A DNA stretch of 64,000 bases from positions 1,984,001 to 2,048,000 of the forward strand of contig CAVZJV010000014.1 of assembly GCA_963775685.1 (NCBI GenBank), in the 5' to 3' direction. Positions within the stretch are counted from its first letter, which is position 1. Every line of letters starts with the position of its first letter. The notes beneath the pieces are model-generated. The model was not told the DNA's origin. It ran no database searches and saw only the letters and a list, made by a program, of their open reading frames with translations. The position numbers and the translations under genes were made by a program. Shown in pieces: positions 27,171-37,442 of this stretch. This DNA is from Candidatus Bathyarchaeota archaeon (lineage in GTDB: Archaea; Thermoproteota; Bathyarchaeia; Bathyarchaeales; Bathycorpusculaceae).

Positions 27171-29477
27171 TTGAAAAGCACCATGACAAAAGAGAAGAGA
27201 ATCGAAGTTGTATTCATAGTTATTTTCTCAGTGCTTGTCCTTGCCGTCTTCTATACCCTCATATCCATGAACGGAGTGGCTTCAGGAAATGACCCTGCAG
27301 TGCATCTGGAAAAAGCCCAAATTTTCTTAAATACTGGCAAAATTCCACTAGTAAATTTAGGTTGGACACCACCGCTATATGAAATTTTACTGGCTATGTT
27401 CATTTCTTTTACAGGGGCAACGGACATTGGTCAGTACATTTTTTTGGTTAAGGTTTTAGCTGTGATGATTGATTGGTTGATGTTTCTCTCTGTCTATTTG
27501 CTTGCTAGTAAATTTTTTAGCAAGAAAGTCGGCGTTGTCGCCGTTATCCTACTGCTGATGTGCTTCCCGACGTATGAAATGAACCAGTTCGGCGGTTATA
27601 CCACTGTTTTAGCATTAGCGTTCATGTTCTTGGTTTTTCTCTACACACCACTTGCGGTGGAGAGATTTGGGTATCTGGTAGTTACATTTTTTGTGGCTTT
27701 CGGGGTTGTTTTATCGCATCAACTCGCGGCGTTTCTTTCAATTTTCATAATGCCGCCGATACTGATTTTTATGCTGATTAAATCGAAAGGCGCCTACCTG
27801 AAAGTAGTATTGGCCTTGATCTTAGGCGGCGGAATAGCTTTCTTTCTCTACTATTTCCAAGCCATGATTGGCTACCTTGACCTAGTAATCGAATACGTGT
27901 TTTTCGCAGTAAAAACCTATGCATACCAGATTCCGTCGGTTAGCTTTAACGCGTTTATAGTTAATTTCGGCTTCGTGTTCTTCTTGGCTTTTGCGGGCAT
28001 TTTTGTCTCATTCTACATATTGAAAAAGCAGAAGAAGATGATTTACTTTCTCATTTTGATGCTTAGTCTTTTTGTTCCGTTTTTCTTTGCAGAATCCTAT
28101 CTTGTTGGCTTTTTCATGCCGTTTAATTGGTTTGTCTACTATCTTGCACCTTTTTTGGTGGTTTTTGCGGCTGTTTCAGTTGTTTTCTTTGTGGACAAAT
28201 CATTAGCTTTCTACGAAAAGAGGAAGGCGATGTTTAAGAAAAATTGGGTGAAAATAGTCACTGTTTCTGCCATAATCTTGCTTTCTTTAATGGTTGTCCA
28301 ACGTTCCGACGTAGTTTATGGGAAAATCAATGAAGCCAGCGTTTACTACTCAACCACCGACATAAAAGCCTACGACGCAGGAGTCTGGCTTAGAGCCAAC
28401 TACCCAGGAAACAGTACGGTTGTAGTTACTGAGATTCCGGGTTTTTGGTTCCAAGAATTTTCTGGCAAGAACGTTACAGCCCAAACAGACCATACTGTTC
28501 AACGCAATGAGCTTGCCGAGTCGGTTCTTAGCTTGTCATATGAGATTGAGCAACCGCAAACGTTGATTAGAGCTTACCAAGCTCTAGGAGATATCGCCGA
28601 TGAAACCTTCGTTTCCTTTGACCAAGTTTGGAATAGGATTTCTTATACTTCAGAATCTGGCGATTTCATCTACTACTCCATAAACGGATCTAATTATAAG
28701 CTGCAACTTTCAGACATGAATAAACAAATAGTCTTTGAGGCTCAAAGTATGCCAAAGAAGATAGAGCTGATATACTCAAACGACTATGTAGCGCTAACCA
28801 AAACTGTTACGGTTGAAGACACAAGGTACCCCATGACTATTTCTTGGGCGCTAACACCCTTGAAAACTGAAATCTTCAATGCCTCGCTTTATCTGAGCAC
28901 TTTTTTTGACCTCAAATACGACTTTGACAAAGCCCAAATTCCCCAGTTGCTGGATTGGATTAATCCATGGGATGCACCTTCACCGATAAAAACCGTTCAT
29001 GAAACCGATAACAAGCCTGATTGGGCAGTGGCAAGCTTTGCAAATACAGACCTAAAAGACAATTACATTGGGCTCTACGATAGTACAAACGATGTGGCTT
29101 TCGCGTTTAAGTTTAGTGATTTGCCCGATTGGGGGAACATCGGCGTTTTGGAAAAACGACAAATCGATGGGGTAAGGTTCCAGTACCAACTCGGCGACCT
29201 AAACGTCAACCAGGCAAATTCAAAGACATATCAAGTCCTCACTATGTCAAAAAACAGTTATCCAACATTGCAGCCCGATACCTTAGAGGGACTGTTCAGC
29301 CTCAACCCGGGAGAATTAACGCTTTTTACAAGAGATTACACCTACTACATCAAAAACAACAACGTCGGCTTTATCGTCTACGACCGAAACCACCTGGACA
29401 CCAACATGCTCAACAGCAAAATCCTTGAACTAATTTTCTCAAACGACCGATATGTCATATTCAAAATTATAAAATAA
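27171..29477 (+). CDS. Multi-TM GT-C-fold-like membrane protein #2 (tandem paralogue)
   Basis: GNDPAVHL, WTPPLY, FGGYT, LSHQL, AGVWLRANYP; same architecture as the upstream gene. Confidence 0.6.
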   Translation: MKSTMTKEKRIEVVFIVIFSVLVLAVFYTLISMNGVASGNDPAVHLEKAQIFLNTGKIPLVNLGWTPPLYEILLAMFISFTGATDIGQYIFLVKVLAVMIDWLMFLSVYLLASKFFSKKVGVVAVILLLMCFPTYEMNQFGGYTTVLALAFMFLVFLYTPLAVERFGYLVVTFFVAFGVVLSHQLAAFLSIFIMPPILIFMLIKSKGAYLKVVLALILGGGIAFFLYYFQAMIGYLDLVIEYVFFAVKTYAYQIPSVSFNAFIVNFGFVFFLAFAGIFVSFYILKKQKKMIYFLILMLSLFVPFFFAESYLVGFFMPFNWFVYYLAPFLVVFAAVSVVFFVDKSLAFYEKRKAMFKKNWVKIVTVSAIILLSLMVVQRSDVVYGKINEASVYYSTTDIKAYDAGVWLRANYPGNSTVVVTEIPGFWFQEFSGKNVTAQTDHTVQRNELAESVLSLSYEIEQPQTLIRAYQALGDIADETFVSFDQVWNRISYTSESGDFIYYSINGSNYKLQLSDMNKQIVFEAQSMPKKIELIYSNDYVALTKTVTVEDTRYPMTISWALTPLKTEIFNASLYLSTFFDLKYDFDKAQIPQLLDWINPWDAPSPIKTVHETDNKPDWAVASFANTDLKDNYIGLYDSTNDVAFAFKFSDLPDWGNIGVLEKRQIDGVRFQYQLGDLNVNQANSKTYQVLTMSKNSYPTLQPDTLEGLFSLNPGELTLFTRDYTYYIKNNNVGFIVYDRNHLDTNMLNSKILELIFSNDRYVIFKIIK

Positions 29478-29581
29478 TCAAAATCTACTTCAAAAAGTTA
29501 TGCTCTCAAGAACTATTACTTTTTAAAAAAGGCGAAGCAATAGGCGACTTGGAAAAGCTTGACAAAGAGAGGGGTTTTGGG

Positions 29582-30688
29582 TTATTGTTTTTTGCCCATT
29601 GGGTTTGTGCGTAGTTTCTCAAGATATTTGTGGTCTTCTCGTAAGACCTTTGGGATGTAGTTGCATGCAGGGTCGGATTCGAAGAGGTCGCCAGTGTAGT
29701 ATTCTGCTCTGGTTCGGCATCCTCCGCATATTTCTCGATATTCGCAGACTCCGCATCTGCCTTTAAGATTGCTTTTGTCGCGTAATTTGAGGTGGAACTC
29801 GCTTTTTTGGAGTTGCTCCCAGGCGGTGCGTAGCTTCGTGTCTTTGACATTGCCGATTCGGTAGCCTTCGTGGAAGCCGCAGCTTCTGTAGTCGCCGTTT
29901 TCTGTTACGCCAATGTAGTTGCCGCCGATGGTGCATCGTCCGAGGTAGCCTTCATTGAACCAGTCCCAGAAGTCAACTGGGTTCTTTTGTTTGACGATGC
30001 GTGCGTAAAAGGGTGCGTAAACGTTGACTTTGACTTTGCCGTAGAGTTTGCGTTGTATATCGTAGATTTCGTTGAATGCTACCTCATACTGCTCAGGAGT
30101 TGGAGCAAGGTCTTCCATGTGTTCGCCTGCCCGCCCGACTGGCACGAGGTTGTGGTAGACCACTGAGCGGGCTTTGTATTGTTCTGCCAAAGCCGCTGTA
30201 TGCGTCATCTGGTGAATGTTATACTTAGTCATGGTGGTGACTAAGCAGTCAAGTAAGCCGACGCTGGATAATTTCTTCATGGCATGTAAGGCTTTGTCAT
30301 AACCGCCTTGGCGCCTTATCTTATCGTTTGTATCTTTCATACCATCAATGCTGATGGCTGTTTTAACATTATACTTTGTCAGTTTATTGAAGCGCTCTTC
30401 ATCCCATGCATAACCGCTCGTGATTAAACTAACATTGAGACCATGCTCTTTCTCTGCATACTCAATAATTTCCCAAATGTCCGGACGAACCAACGGCTCT
30501 CCACCGCTAATTCCGAACCATTGCGAGCCGAACTCTGCCATTTCATCAACCATATGTTTGGCTTGTTCGGTGTTTAGCTCTTGGTCTTTAGCATAATCTT
30601 TAATGTAACTGCAATATGTGCAAGTGCCGACACAGTTGCGGGTACATCGCCAAACAACCATAAACAAGGGGGTCGTGGTAGGATTCAT
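29582..30688 (-). CDS. Radical SAM/SPASM protein #1 (NirJ/AhbC-D/PqqE-like superfamily)
   Basis: CVGTCTYC, SGGEPL.R.D, ISIDG, PVGRA; SPASM CTIG...SC...CGVCEYREICGGCR...DPAC. Confidence 0.9.
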   Translation of the reverse strand: MNPTTTPLFMVVWRCTRNCVGTCTYCSYIKDYAKDQELNTEQAKHMVDEMAEFGSQWFGISGGEPLVRPDIWEIIEYAEKEHGLNVSLITSGYAWDEERFNKLTKYNVKTAISIDGMKDTNDKIRRQGGYDKALHAMKKLSSVGLLDCLVTTMTKYNIHQMTHTAALAEQYKARSVVYHNLVPVGRAGEHMEDLAPTPEQYEVAFNEIYDIQRKLYGKVKVNVYAPFYARIVKQKNPVDFWDWFNEGYLGRCTIGGNYIGVTENGDYRSCGFHEGYRIGNVKDTKLRTAWEQLQKSEFHLKLRDKSNLKGRCGVCEYREICGGCRTRAEYYTGDLFESDPACNYIPKVLREDHKYLEKLRTNPMGKKQ

Positions 30689-30816
30689 TTAATTCACAGT
30701 GGAAGATAGATTTGCCAAGTCGATATAAAACTTGCTCTATGAAACCGATATTTTGCCTTTTTACTGAAACCGCAGAAAGCAAACTGTCGACAGCCTTATT
30801 TAAGGCTATTAGGGGG

Positions 30817-31272
30817 TCATCCGGCTAAAATACGGGTTTTCCGTTTCCTCTGAAGCAGTCCCTCCAACGCGAAAACAGCTAACGCCAACCCCGTTATGAG
30901 AGTAAGTAGCAGGAAGAAAACTTTGAATTCGTAAGTTTCAATCGTATAATGGATGGCTAAGATTATGACCTCAACCATTAAGATGGCGAAGAACAATGAG
31001 GCGTAGAGCCACATTTTGGGAAGCAGGTGGCTGCCCAGCCAAACCTGCCCTCGGAGGTGTGCCTTGCGTTTTACCGAGTATTCGCCGTACTCGTTTTTCT
31101 GCAAGTACCCCAAATCTTCAAGTTTTTGCAGGTGCCTGTAGGCAACGCTTGGACTGCTAAGTCCGGCGCCTTTCATAACGTCTCTGGGACCGACTGGCTT
31201 ACCCCTGTTTACCGCGTGCAAGTACACATTTAGCGTTAGTCCTTCTATTTCCTGGGTGTCAATGTTGGTCAA
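30817..31272 (-). CDS. Membrane-anchored wHTH transcriptional regulator
   Basis: PVGPRDVMKGAGLSSPSVAYRHLQKLEDLG..KNEYGEY plus two C-terminal TM helices; paralogue of 58300..58743. Confidence 0.78.
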   Translation of the reverse strand: MTNIDTQEIEGLTLNVYLHAVNRGKPVGPRDVMKGAGLSSPSVAYRHLQKLEDLGYLQKNEYGEYSVKRKAHLRGQVWLGSHLLPKMWLYASLFFAILMVEVIILAIHYTIETYEFKVFFLLLTLITGLALAVFALEGLLQRKRKTRILAG

Positions 31273-31515
31273 GTTTTTAACTCCAGAGGCAAAGGGATAG
31301 TTTAGTATTTATCTCGTATTAGCTTTATCTAAAGTCCTCTGTTTGCGTCTAAAGATTTCTGTTTTTCTCCTTTAATTGGCAGGCGATGGATAGGGTATGA
31401 AGCAAGGTAGGCTGCTAAACGGGGGGTCTCTTTCAAAACTGCTTTGAGGCTATCTCCGAAAGAGTTTAATAGCTAATACTTTTAATAAAATTCTTCATTT
31501 GAGAAGGTAAATCAA

Positions 31516-32632
31516 ATGAGTAATGAATCCTCAAAAGATCTAACTGTAAATCCAGCACCCCACATAACCGGTTCAATGACTAAAAATCGCATGATGCAAT
31601 ACACCTTTTTTGCTATCCTTGCAGTCCTAGTTGTTTCGGCAGCTCTTTGGTCACAAACCACCACCCAATCTGGATGGAATCTTGGCTTAACCGTTGCCAT
31701 TTGCGCCCTCATTTCCGTCGGTGTCGCTGTTGGCGCGGATGTGCTAATCGGCAAATTGAGCGTCGACAGTGAAATAAACATATGGTCAGCCGCCGTATTT
31801 GGTTTAATTGTGACCGCTTGTTACACCCTTGGTTCACCGTCCATGAACACTGAAATTGGATTGCCAGTTGAAGCTCCCAGTGCGTTCTTTTATGTTGCCC
31901 TCATCTCGCTTGTAGGCATCGTTGTTTTCAAAAAAGTCATGAGTCTAGCAGGCAGAAAATGGGTTAACCCAGCTGCAGCAGCCAAATTCCTGATTCTGCT
32001 TCCAACTATAACAACAACGCTTTTGGCAATAGACCACTTAAGCACCGGACCACTCGGAGTTCCAAAGTTAGCTGGTGCAATCGGCGCAAGCGCATCACCT
32101 CTTGCAGGCAACGGATTGGCGGGATTTGGCAGCTACCTCCAAGGTTGCTACGCTAACCCGAGCAATATGGCATCTGTTCCAAGTATTGAATCACTTATGG
32201 CCATAGCTAAATATCACGGATGGGTCGGTGGAGCATCAAGCATCGCAGTAATCATCGCAGGAATCGCCCTCTTTGTCTTAGCTCGCAAATACATTAAATG
32301 GAAAATCACCCTCAGCTACATTGTTAGCATCGCAGTTCTCTCATTAATATTCTCATTCATCTACGCAGACGCTGACTTAACTACAAGATTGCTCTTTGAA
32401 TTATTCATCGGTAGCTCAATCTTCCTGGCGTTTTTCATGGCAACGGATCCAGCGACAACACCCTTCAGCGGAGTAGGACAAATTATCTTCGGCGTAGGTC
32501 TGGCAATTCTTGACCATACTGATACAAACGTATATGAACTTCTTTGGTGGCTCATTGCTAGCATTGCTAATCATGAACTTAACTGTACCACTTATTGACC
32601 AAATACGTATCGACAAACCCTTCGGGAGATGA
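31516..32632 (+). CDS. rnfD: RnfD/NqrB-family membrane subunit (frameshift near 32510)
   Basis: PAPHI, NPAAAAK, GWVGGAS, AFFMATDPATTP, GQIIFG. The C-terminus LTILIQTYMNFFGGSLLALLIMNLTVPLID...FGR* lies in the shifted frame, ending at 32632. Confidence 0.85.
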
Positions 32633-32637
32633 ATAAA

Positions 32638-33915
32638 ATGGCAAACTTAGTTGAAATAAAAGAACATAAAGACGTAGCAAGAAAAACACCCATTGAAGTT
32701 TTCCCTGACCCAAAAATTGCAGTAGTCCTTAACCAACCAACAGTCCGGGGCAAAAACAGATCCCTTGGTTTCTGTTGGCGACACTGTGGTCATCGGACAA
32801 AAAATCGCCGACTCCAAAGAACGTATTAGCGCACCCGTTCATAGTCCAATCTGCGGCAAAGTCATAAAAATCGCCGACATATACAACAGCTGCTATGAAA
32901 TGGCGACAGAAGCTATCTACATCGAAAACGACGGCAAAAAAACCAAAGACAAAACTCTAACTCCCATCTCTGAAGCAGAACTCAAAGACACCTCAAACGA
33001 AGTACTCTTAAAACGAATCCGAGAAGCAGGCATCATAGGTTTAGGCGGCGCAGGTTTCCCAACAAGCATCAAACTTGCCAGTCCCCGCAGACAAAAAAAT
33101 AACAACCCTGATCGTAAACGGCGCAGAAGGCGAACCATACGACACAGCAGACGAACGCTTAATGATCGAGAAAACCGCAAACCTTGTACGTGGAGTCCGA
33201 GTTATACGCAAACTTCTTGGGCAACCCCAAAGTCATCGTCGCAACCAAAGAAAGCAAAGTTGAAGCTATACCTAAACTTCAAGCAGCCTTCGGCAAAGAA
33301 CCAGACACCCAAGTCATAGCAAAACACCTAACCTACCAACAGGGCGACGCAAGCGTGCTACAAAAAGCAATCCTTGGCTACGAAACCCCTCCAGTCAAAC
33401 GCAGCTACGAAATGGGCACCATAGTGCAGAACGTCTCAACCATAAACGCAATCGCAAACGCCGTCTTCGAAGGTGAACCACTTATATCCAGAGTTACCAC
33501 CTTAAACGGTGACATCGCAAAACCCAAAAACCTACTTGTGAAAATTGGCACTCCAATTGCTGATATCCTTAGCCAAAACAACGTAAATACAAGCGATATC
33601 GGAAACATCGTAGTCGGCGGAGTGATGATGGGCACTGCTCTGCAAACAATCGATGCTCCAGTAACCAAAAGAACCTCAAGCATAATCTACTTCGCAAAAA
33701 GCAAAGCCAAAAAAGGTCAAAAAACAACCGCCTGCATTCACTGCGGAAGATGTCTCAATGCCTGTCCAGTTCGTCTACAACCTATCGCGATCTACAATGC
33801 GGTCATGAAAGGTGACTTCGCAAAAGCTGAGAAACTGTGGGCTAAAGACTGCCTTGCATGCGGAACATGTTCATTTGTTTGTCCGTCAAGGTTGCCGTTA
33901 GCTAGCACCATATAA
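32638..33915 (+). CDS. rnfC: RnfC-family flavin/Fe-S subunit (three or four single-base frameshifts)
   Basis: Fragments: VSVGDTV..GQKIA..SAPVHSP; EAGIIGLGGAGFPT; NGAEGEPY.TAD; VQNVST; GGVMMG; CIHCGRCLNACP and CLACGTCSFVCP. Confidence 0.85.
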
Positions 33916-34062
33916 AATGGCGCGTCAATAATAAAAATTCCCTCTTTATTTTTTCTTTATTTTTATTCGTTTAAATAGTTAAATGACTTATCGTTTTAGC
34001 AATATTTATTTACTGTGAAAAAGTTTTGACGGAGATTTGCTTAGGCTCAAAGCTTTCAAGCA

Positions 34063-34077
34063 TTAAGCTTATAAATA
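34063..34077 (+). promoter_or_regulatory. Putative BRE/TATA promoter
   Basis: ttaagcttataaata about 35-45 nt upstream of the TTG start at 34111. Confidence 0.45.
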
Positions 34078-34110
34078 TGCCACAACGTAAATAAGTCTAA
34101 GGGATAAAAA

Positions 34111-34762
34111 TTGGAAGAAAACAAATTTAAGCTATCAGACATCTTCGGCGGCATTATTATTCCAATAATTCTAGTAATTCTCATCTATGTTCTCGCAGTT
34201 TACGTTAACGTCGGTGGACAATACCACGTTATCGGTGCTACAAACACTATTGCTGTCATTCTTGTTAACGGCTTTGCTCAAATGATTGTTCTCGGTATCC
34301 CATTGGTTTTAGGCTTGCTATGGAATAAATGGGCAGGTGGAGCTGCAGGCTTCGTTATGGGAGGTCTCTATTATGTGGCGAACGCAGGTCAATATAACGG
34401 AATTTATGCAAGTGCAGGAGTTACAACTTACAACTTCTTTGGTGACATAAGCATGCTCTTTTATCTCGTAAACGCTGTTATAATCGGCTACATGGCTGGC
34501 GCACTCAACAATGGATCAACAAACTTCAAACGAATGCTCGGTGCAGGCTTAACCGCTGCCATAATAACTGCAGTAATTCAAAGCTACCTGAACTATACTA
34601 TCTCGCTTGCACCCTGCAAGACAGATGGCTCAAGACTCTTGGGTAGTTGATCCTGTGTTGGCAGTTGTAACGAATTTCGTACCAAGCATTGCTTTAGGAG
34701 TTATCGTACCTATTCTCGGTAAAGTAATGACCTGGTATGGCATTCAGCCACAAAGGCATTAA
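34111..34762 (+). CDS. Multi-TM membrane protein (ECF S-component-like), frameshift near 34615
   Basis: GIPLVLGLLWNKWAGGAAGF, IGYMAGAL. Continues in the shifted frame as ...DPVLAVVTNFVPSIALGVIVPILGKVMTWYGIQPQRH*. Confidence 0.65.
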
Positions 34763-34889
34763 AACTCCCCTCCTCTTTTCTTTTTAAATTTTCGTGAATA
34801 TTTTAAGAAAAACAAGTACTATTTTTTTAGAAAATCTTTTTTCATGGCACTTCAATGAACACTTGCGTTAAAAGTTTTTTTAAAAAATT

Positions 34890-36173
34890 TTATTCAGTTT
34901 GGTTTGGAGCAAACTCCCAAGCAATGTTGCCTTTCCAAATCTCGCCCAGTTTTGTAATTCGAACTTCCTTGTCATCGATTTCGATGAGTCCTTTTTCTTG
35001 TAGTTTTTGCAGTTGCTTTGGAAAAACTTTCTCAGGAGTTGTGTTGAATTTTTCCATGAACTCTTTCTTGCTTACTGGAAGACGCAGGTAAAGTCTAGTC
35101 ATGGTTCGCCGCATCATATCTTCATTTGTTGATTCAGAGAGTCTGCTGATAGGCAATTTTCCGGACTTTACAGTTTCCATATAATCGTTGATGTTTTCTA
35201 TGTTAGAATATGAGAACTTTTGCAAATAACCCATAAAACAGCCAGCGCCTGTTGTCAAGATGCCTCCCCATGGCCAGCCGTTAAGGCAGTTTTCCCTCAT
35301 GTGCCATTCAACACGGCTGTAACGGTCATGTCCGACGGCTTTGTAACCTGCTTCGGTGAGCATTTTGTGACCAGTAAGGAACATTTGTTTTTCGTATTCT
35401 GCGTCGCCTTGTGGTGGAGATTGTCCGTTTTTAATCATTTTTTCCAGGATTGTTCCTGGGTCTACATGCAATGAGTAGGCGTCAACTTCTGCATCTAATT
35501 CGATGGTTTTCTTGAGTGTGTTTATCCAGCTTTCCATTGTTTGTCCAGGTAAATTATACATTAGATCCACGCAAACCACTAATCCTAGTTTGCGGGCATG
35601 CTTAATGGCTTGTTCCACATCTGCGGCGCTGTCTGGTAAGCAGAGCGCCTTTCGTAGTTTGTCATCGAAAGTTTGCGCGCCCATGTCCATCTGGTAGACG
35701 CCGTACTCGGCTAGTTTGTTAATTTTCTTAAGAGCCAAAGTTTTTGAGGACCCAGTGACCTTGATGAAGTATTCTTTACTTGTGGTAAAGTTCGCTTTGC
35801 AGAAATCGATCAAATCAATTATTTGTTCCGCAGACAGAACACTTGGGGTTCCGCCGCCTAGAACTATCTCGTCAAACACACTTGTCTTCACGTACCTTGT
35901 CTTGGCGTACATAGCGAGTTCTTTTTTGAGCAAGTCAAGGTAGGGTTCAATCTGAACCTTGCTTGATGCAGTGGTTGGGAAATAGCAAAACGCACACCTG
36001 CTGTCACAAATCGAAACCCACGGTTGCAGCTCCATTAAGCGGCCTGAAGTGTTCTCGGTGTCTAGGAACTTCATGAAGGCTTCATATGTTTCAGGTTGTA
36101 TCCCTGGGTAATCCCTGTAAGTGTAGGGCGGCCAATTTTCTCTTGTGCCGTAAGCTTCAGAGGTTTTAGTCAT
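34890..36173 (-). CDS. HemN-like (coproporphyrinogen III oxidase family) radical SAM protein
   Basis: CDSRCAFC, GGGTPS, GAQTF, DLMYNLPGQT, G.GAG, HemN C-terminal domain (ITKLG). Confidence 0.88.
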   Translation of the reverse strand: MTKTSEAYGTRENWPPYTYRDYPGIQPETYEAFMKFLDTENTSGRLMELQPWVSICDSRCAFCYFPTTASSKVQIEPYLDLLKKELAMYAKTRYVKTSVFDEIVLGGGTPSVLSAEQIIDLIDFCKANFTTSKEYFIKVTGSSKTLALKKINKLAEYGVYQMDMGAQTFDDKLRKALCLPDSAADVEQAIKHARKLGLVVCVDLMYNLPGQTMESWINTLKKTIELDAEVDAYSLHVDPGTILEKMIKNGQSPPQGDAEYEKQMFLTGHKMLTEAGYKAVGHDRYSRVEWHMRENCLNGWPWGGILTTGAGCFMGYLQKFSYSNIENINDYMETVKSGKLPISRLSESTNEDMMRRTMTRLYLRLPVSKKEFMEKFNTTPEKVFPKQLQKLQEKGLIEIDDKEVRITKLGEIWKGNIAWEFAPNQTE

Positions 36174-36283
36174 CTAAGGTTCCCCTTTTGTAGTTTTTAA
36201 AACCGCTCGATGACATAATAAAGTTTCCGCAAAATTAGCTCAAATCAAAAAATCTTTGATAGCGCATATTTTTGGGTTCACAT

Positions 36284-37069
36284 TTATTCTGTTTGAGCTT
36301 TTTTCCATATGTTTTCAAAGTAGATCTCTGCTAGTTTTACAACATTACGGTTATTAGTCCATAGGCTTGGAACTATAGTATGCGCTATGCGGATGTTAAC
36401 TTCTTTATTATCAAACATTATCAAGCCCACCTGAACATCCTCGATAAATCTGAATTCAAAAGAGGGATTCTTCTTTAATAACTGGATATTTCTATCCGTC
36501 GTAATGCCTTCCTTTTTGGTCGTGAGTGCTTGAATTCTAATACCCCTTCCTGTTGCTTTTTCAAGTTGCTCACCAGTGTGAAACATAATTGTGCTCATTC
36601 TCTCTTTTGTGTATATTATTTTGACACTCGATTGGGTTTCTTCGATGTCTTCTCTAACTTTTCTGAAGAACAGTCCCTTCTCTGAAGTTATTACAAACTG
36701 CGTGGATTCTTCATTCATATCACTCTTTAGGTCACTTACAGAAATTTTGTCAAAAACTGTTTTTGCCTTCTTTTTAAGCTCGGAATATTCGTTAGTTCTT
36801 TTGTTTAAGAGCATGGAGAATCCTTTTTCTAATGGAATTGCCCTGAAGACTGTTGGCTTGGATATTATTTTTTCAACTAGGCCAATTTTTTGAAGATTGG
36901 GTAGAACTCTGTATATGTCTTGTCGAGCAACACTTGACTCTTTACAAATTCTCTTCACTTCCCCGCCCGAGTTGCCGAGTTTAATAAGTGTCAAATACAG
37001 TTTAGCCTGCACATAAGTGAGGCCTAAATTCATGAATATCCCCACAGATTCTTCTTCGTTTTGTGCCAC
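36284..37069 (-). CDS. TrmB-family transcriptional regulator
   Basis: LGLT..QAKLYL.L, VARQDIYRVL..L...GLVEK, P..F.AIP; C-terminal PLD-like effector domain. Confidence 0.85.
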   Translation of the reverse strand: MAQNEEESVGIFMNLGLTYVQAKLYLTLIKLGNSGGEVKRICKESSVARQDIYRVLPNLQKIGLVEKIISKPTVFRAIPLEKGFSMLLNKRTNEYSELKKKAKTVFDKISVSDLKSDMNEESTQFVITSEKGLFFRKVREDIEETQSSVKIIYTKERMSTIMFHTGEQLEKATGRGIRIQALTTKKEGITTDRNIQLLKKNPSFEFRFIEDVQVGLIMFDNKEVNIRIAHTIVPSLWTNNRNVVKLAEIYFENIWKKAQTE

Positions 37070-37442
37070 TTTTTTCCCTGCTAGTGTCTATTGGAATGAT
37101 TTAAGAATTTTTCCTGAAACCAAGGGCTTCTATTCAGAAGAACTGCTGGTTGCACGGATTCAAAAAATGATTTTTGGAATATAGTGATGGTCAACGCTGC
37201 TGGGCTGAAACTTTTCTGGTTTTGTTCTAAAAAATAGGTTAGTTTAAGACATTTTGCTTTTTCTTTTCTGTTAGTTCTTGACCAGCAAACTGTTGCAATT
37301 GGTCTAACATAATTCGCTATTTTGATTTATAGGACTTTTTTTAAAATGATTTGAATGAATTTGTCAGCAGTACCACTTGTTACAAGATCTTTTAACGAAT
37401 TTGATCCAATAGTTAGTTACAGAAAAAAAGGAAAAATGAAAA

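Noticed and set aside
29506-29850. 114-aa ORF sharing EKYAEDAE with the 41774 extension, as a repeated RiPP precursor
   Set aside because: Both are alternative-frame shadows of the conserved SPASM motif (YREICGGCR) in two paralogues.
31378-31460. ggcgatgga segment resembling the start of a fluoride riboswitch
   Set aside because: The complementary strand of the first stem (e.g. TCGCC) and the rest of the consensus are missing.
32638-33915. Programmed ribosomal frameshifting in rnfC or purB
   Set aside because: No consistent slippery heptamer or stimulator is visible, and several independent indels per gene fit sequencing error.
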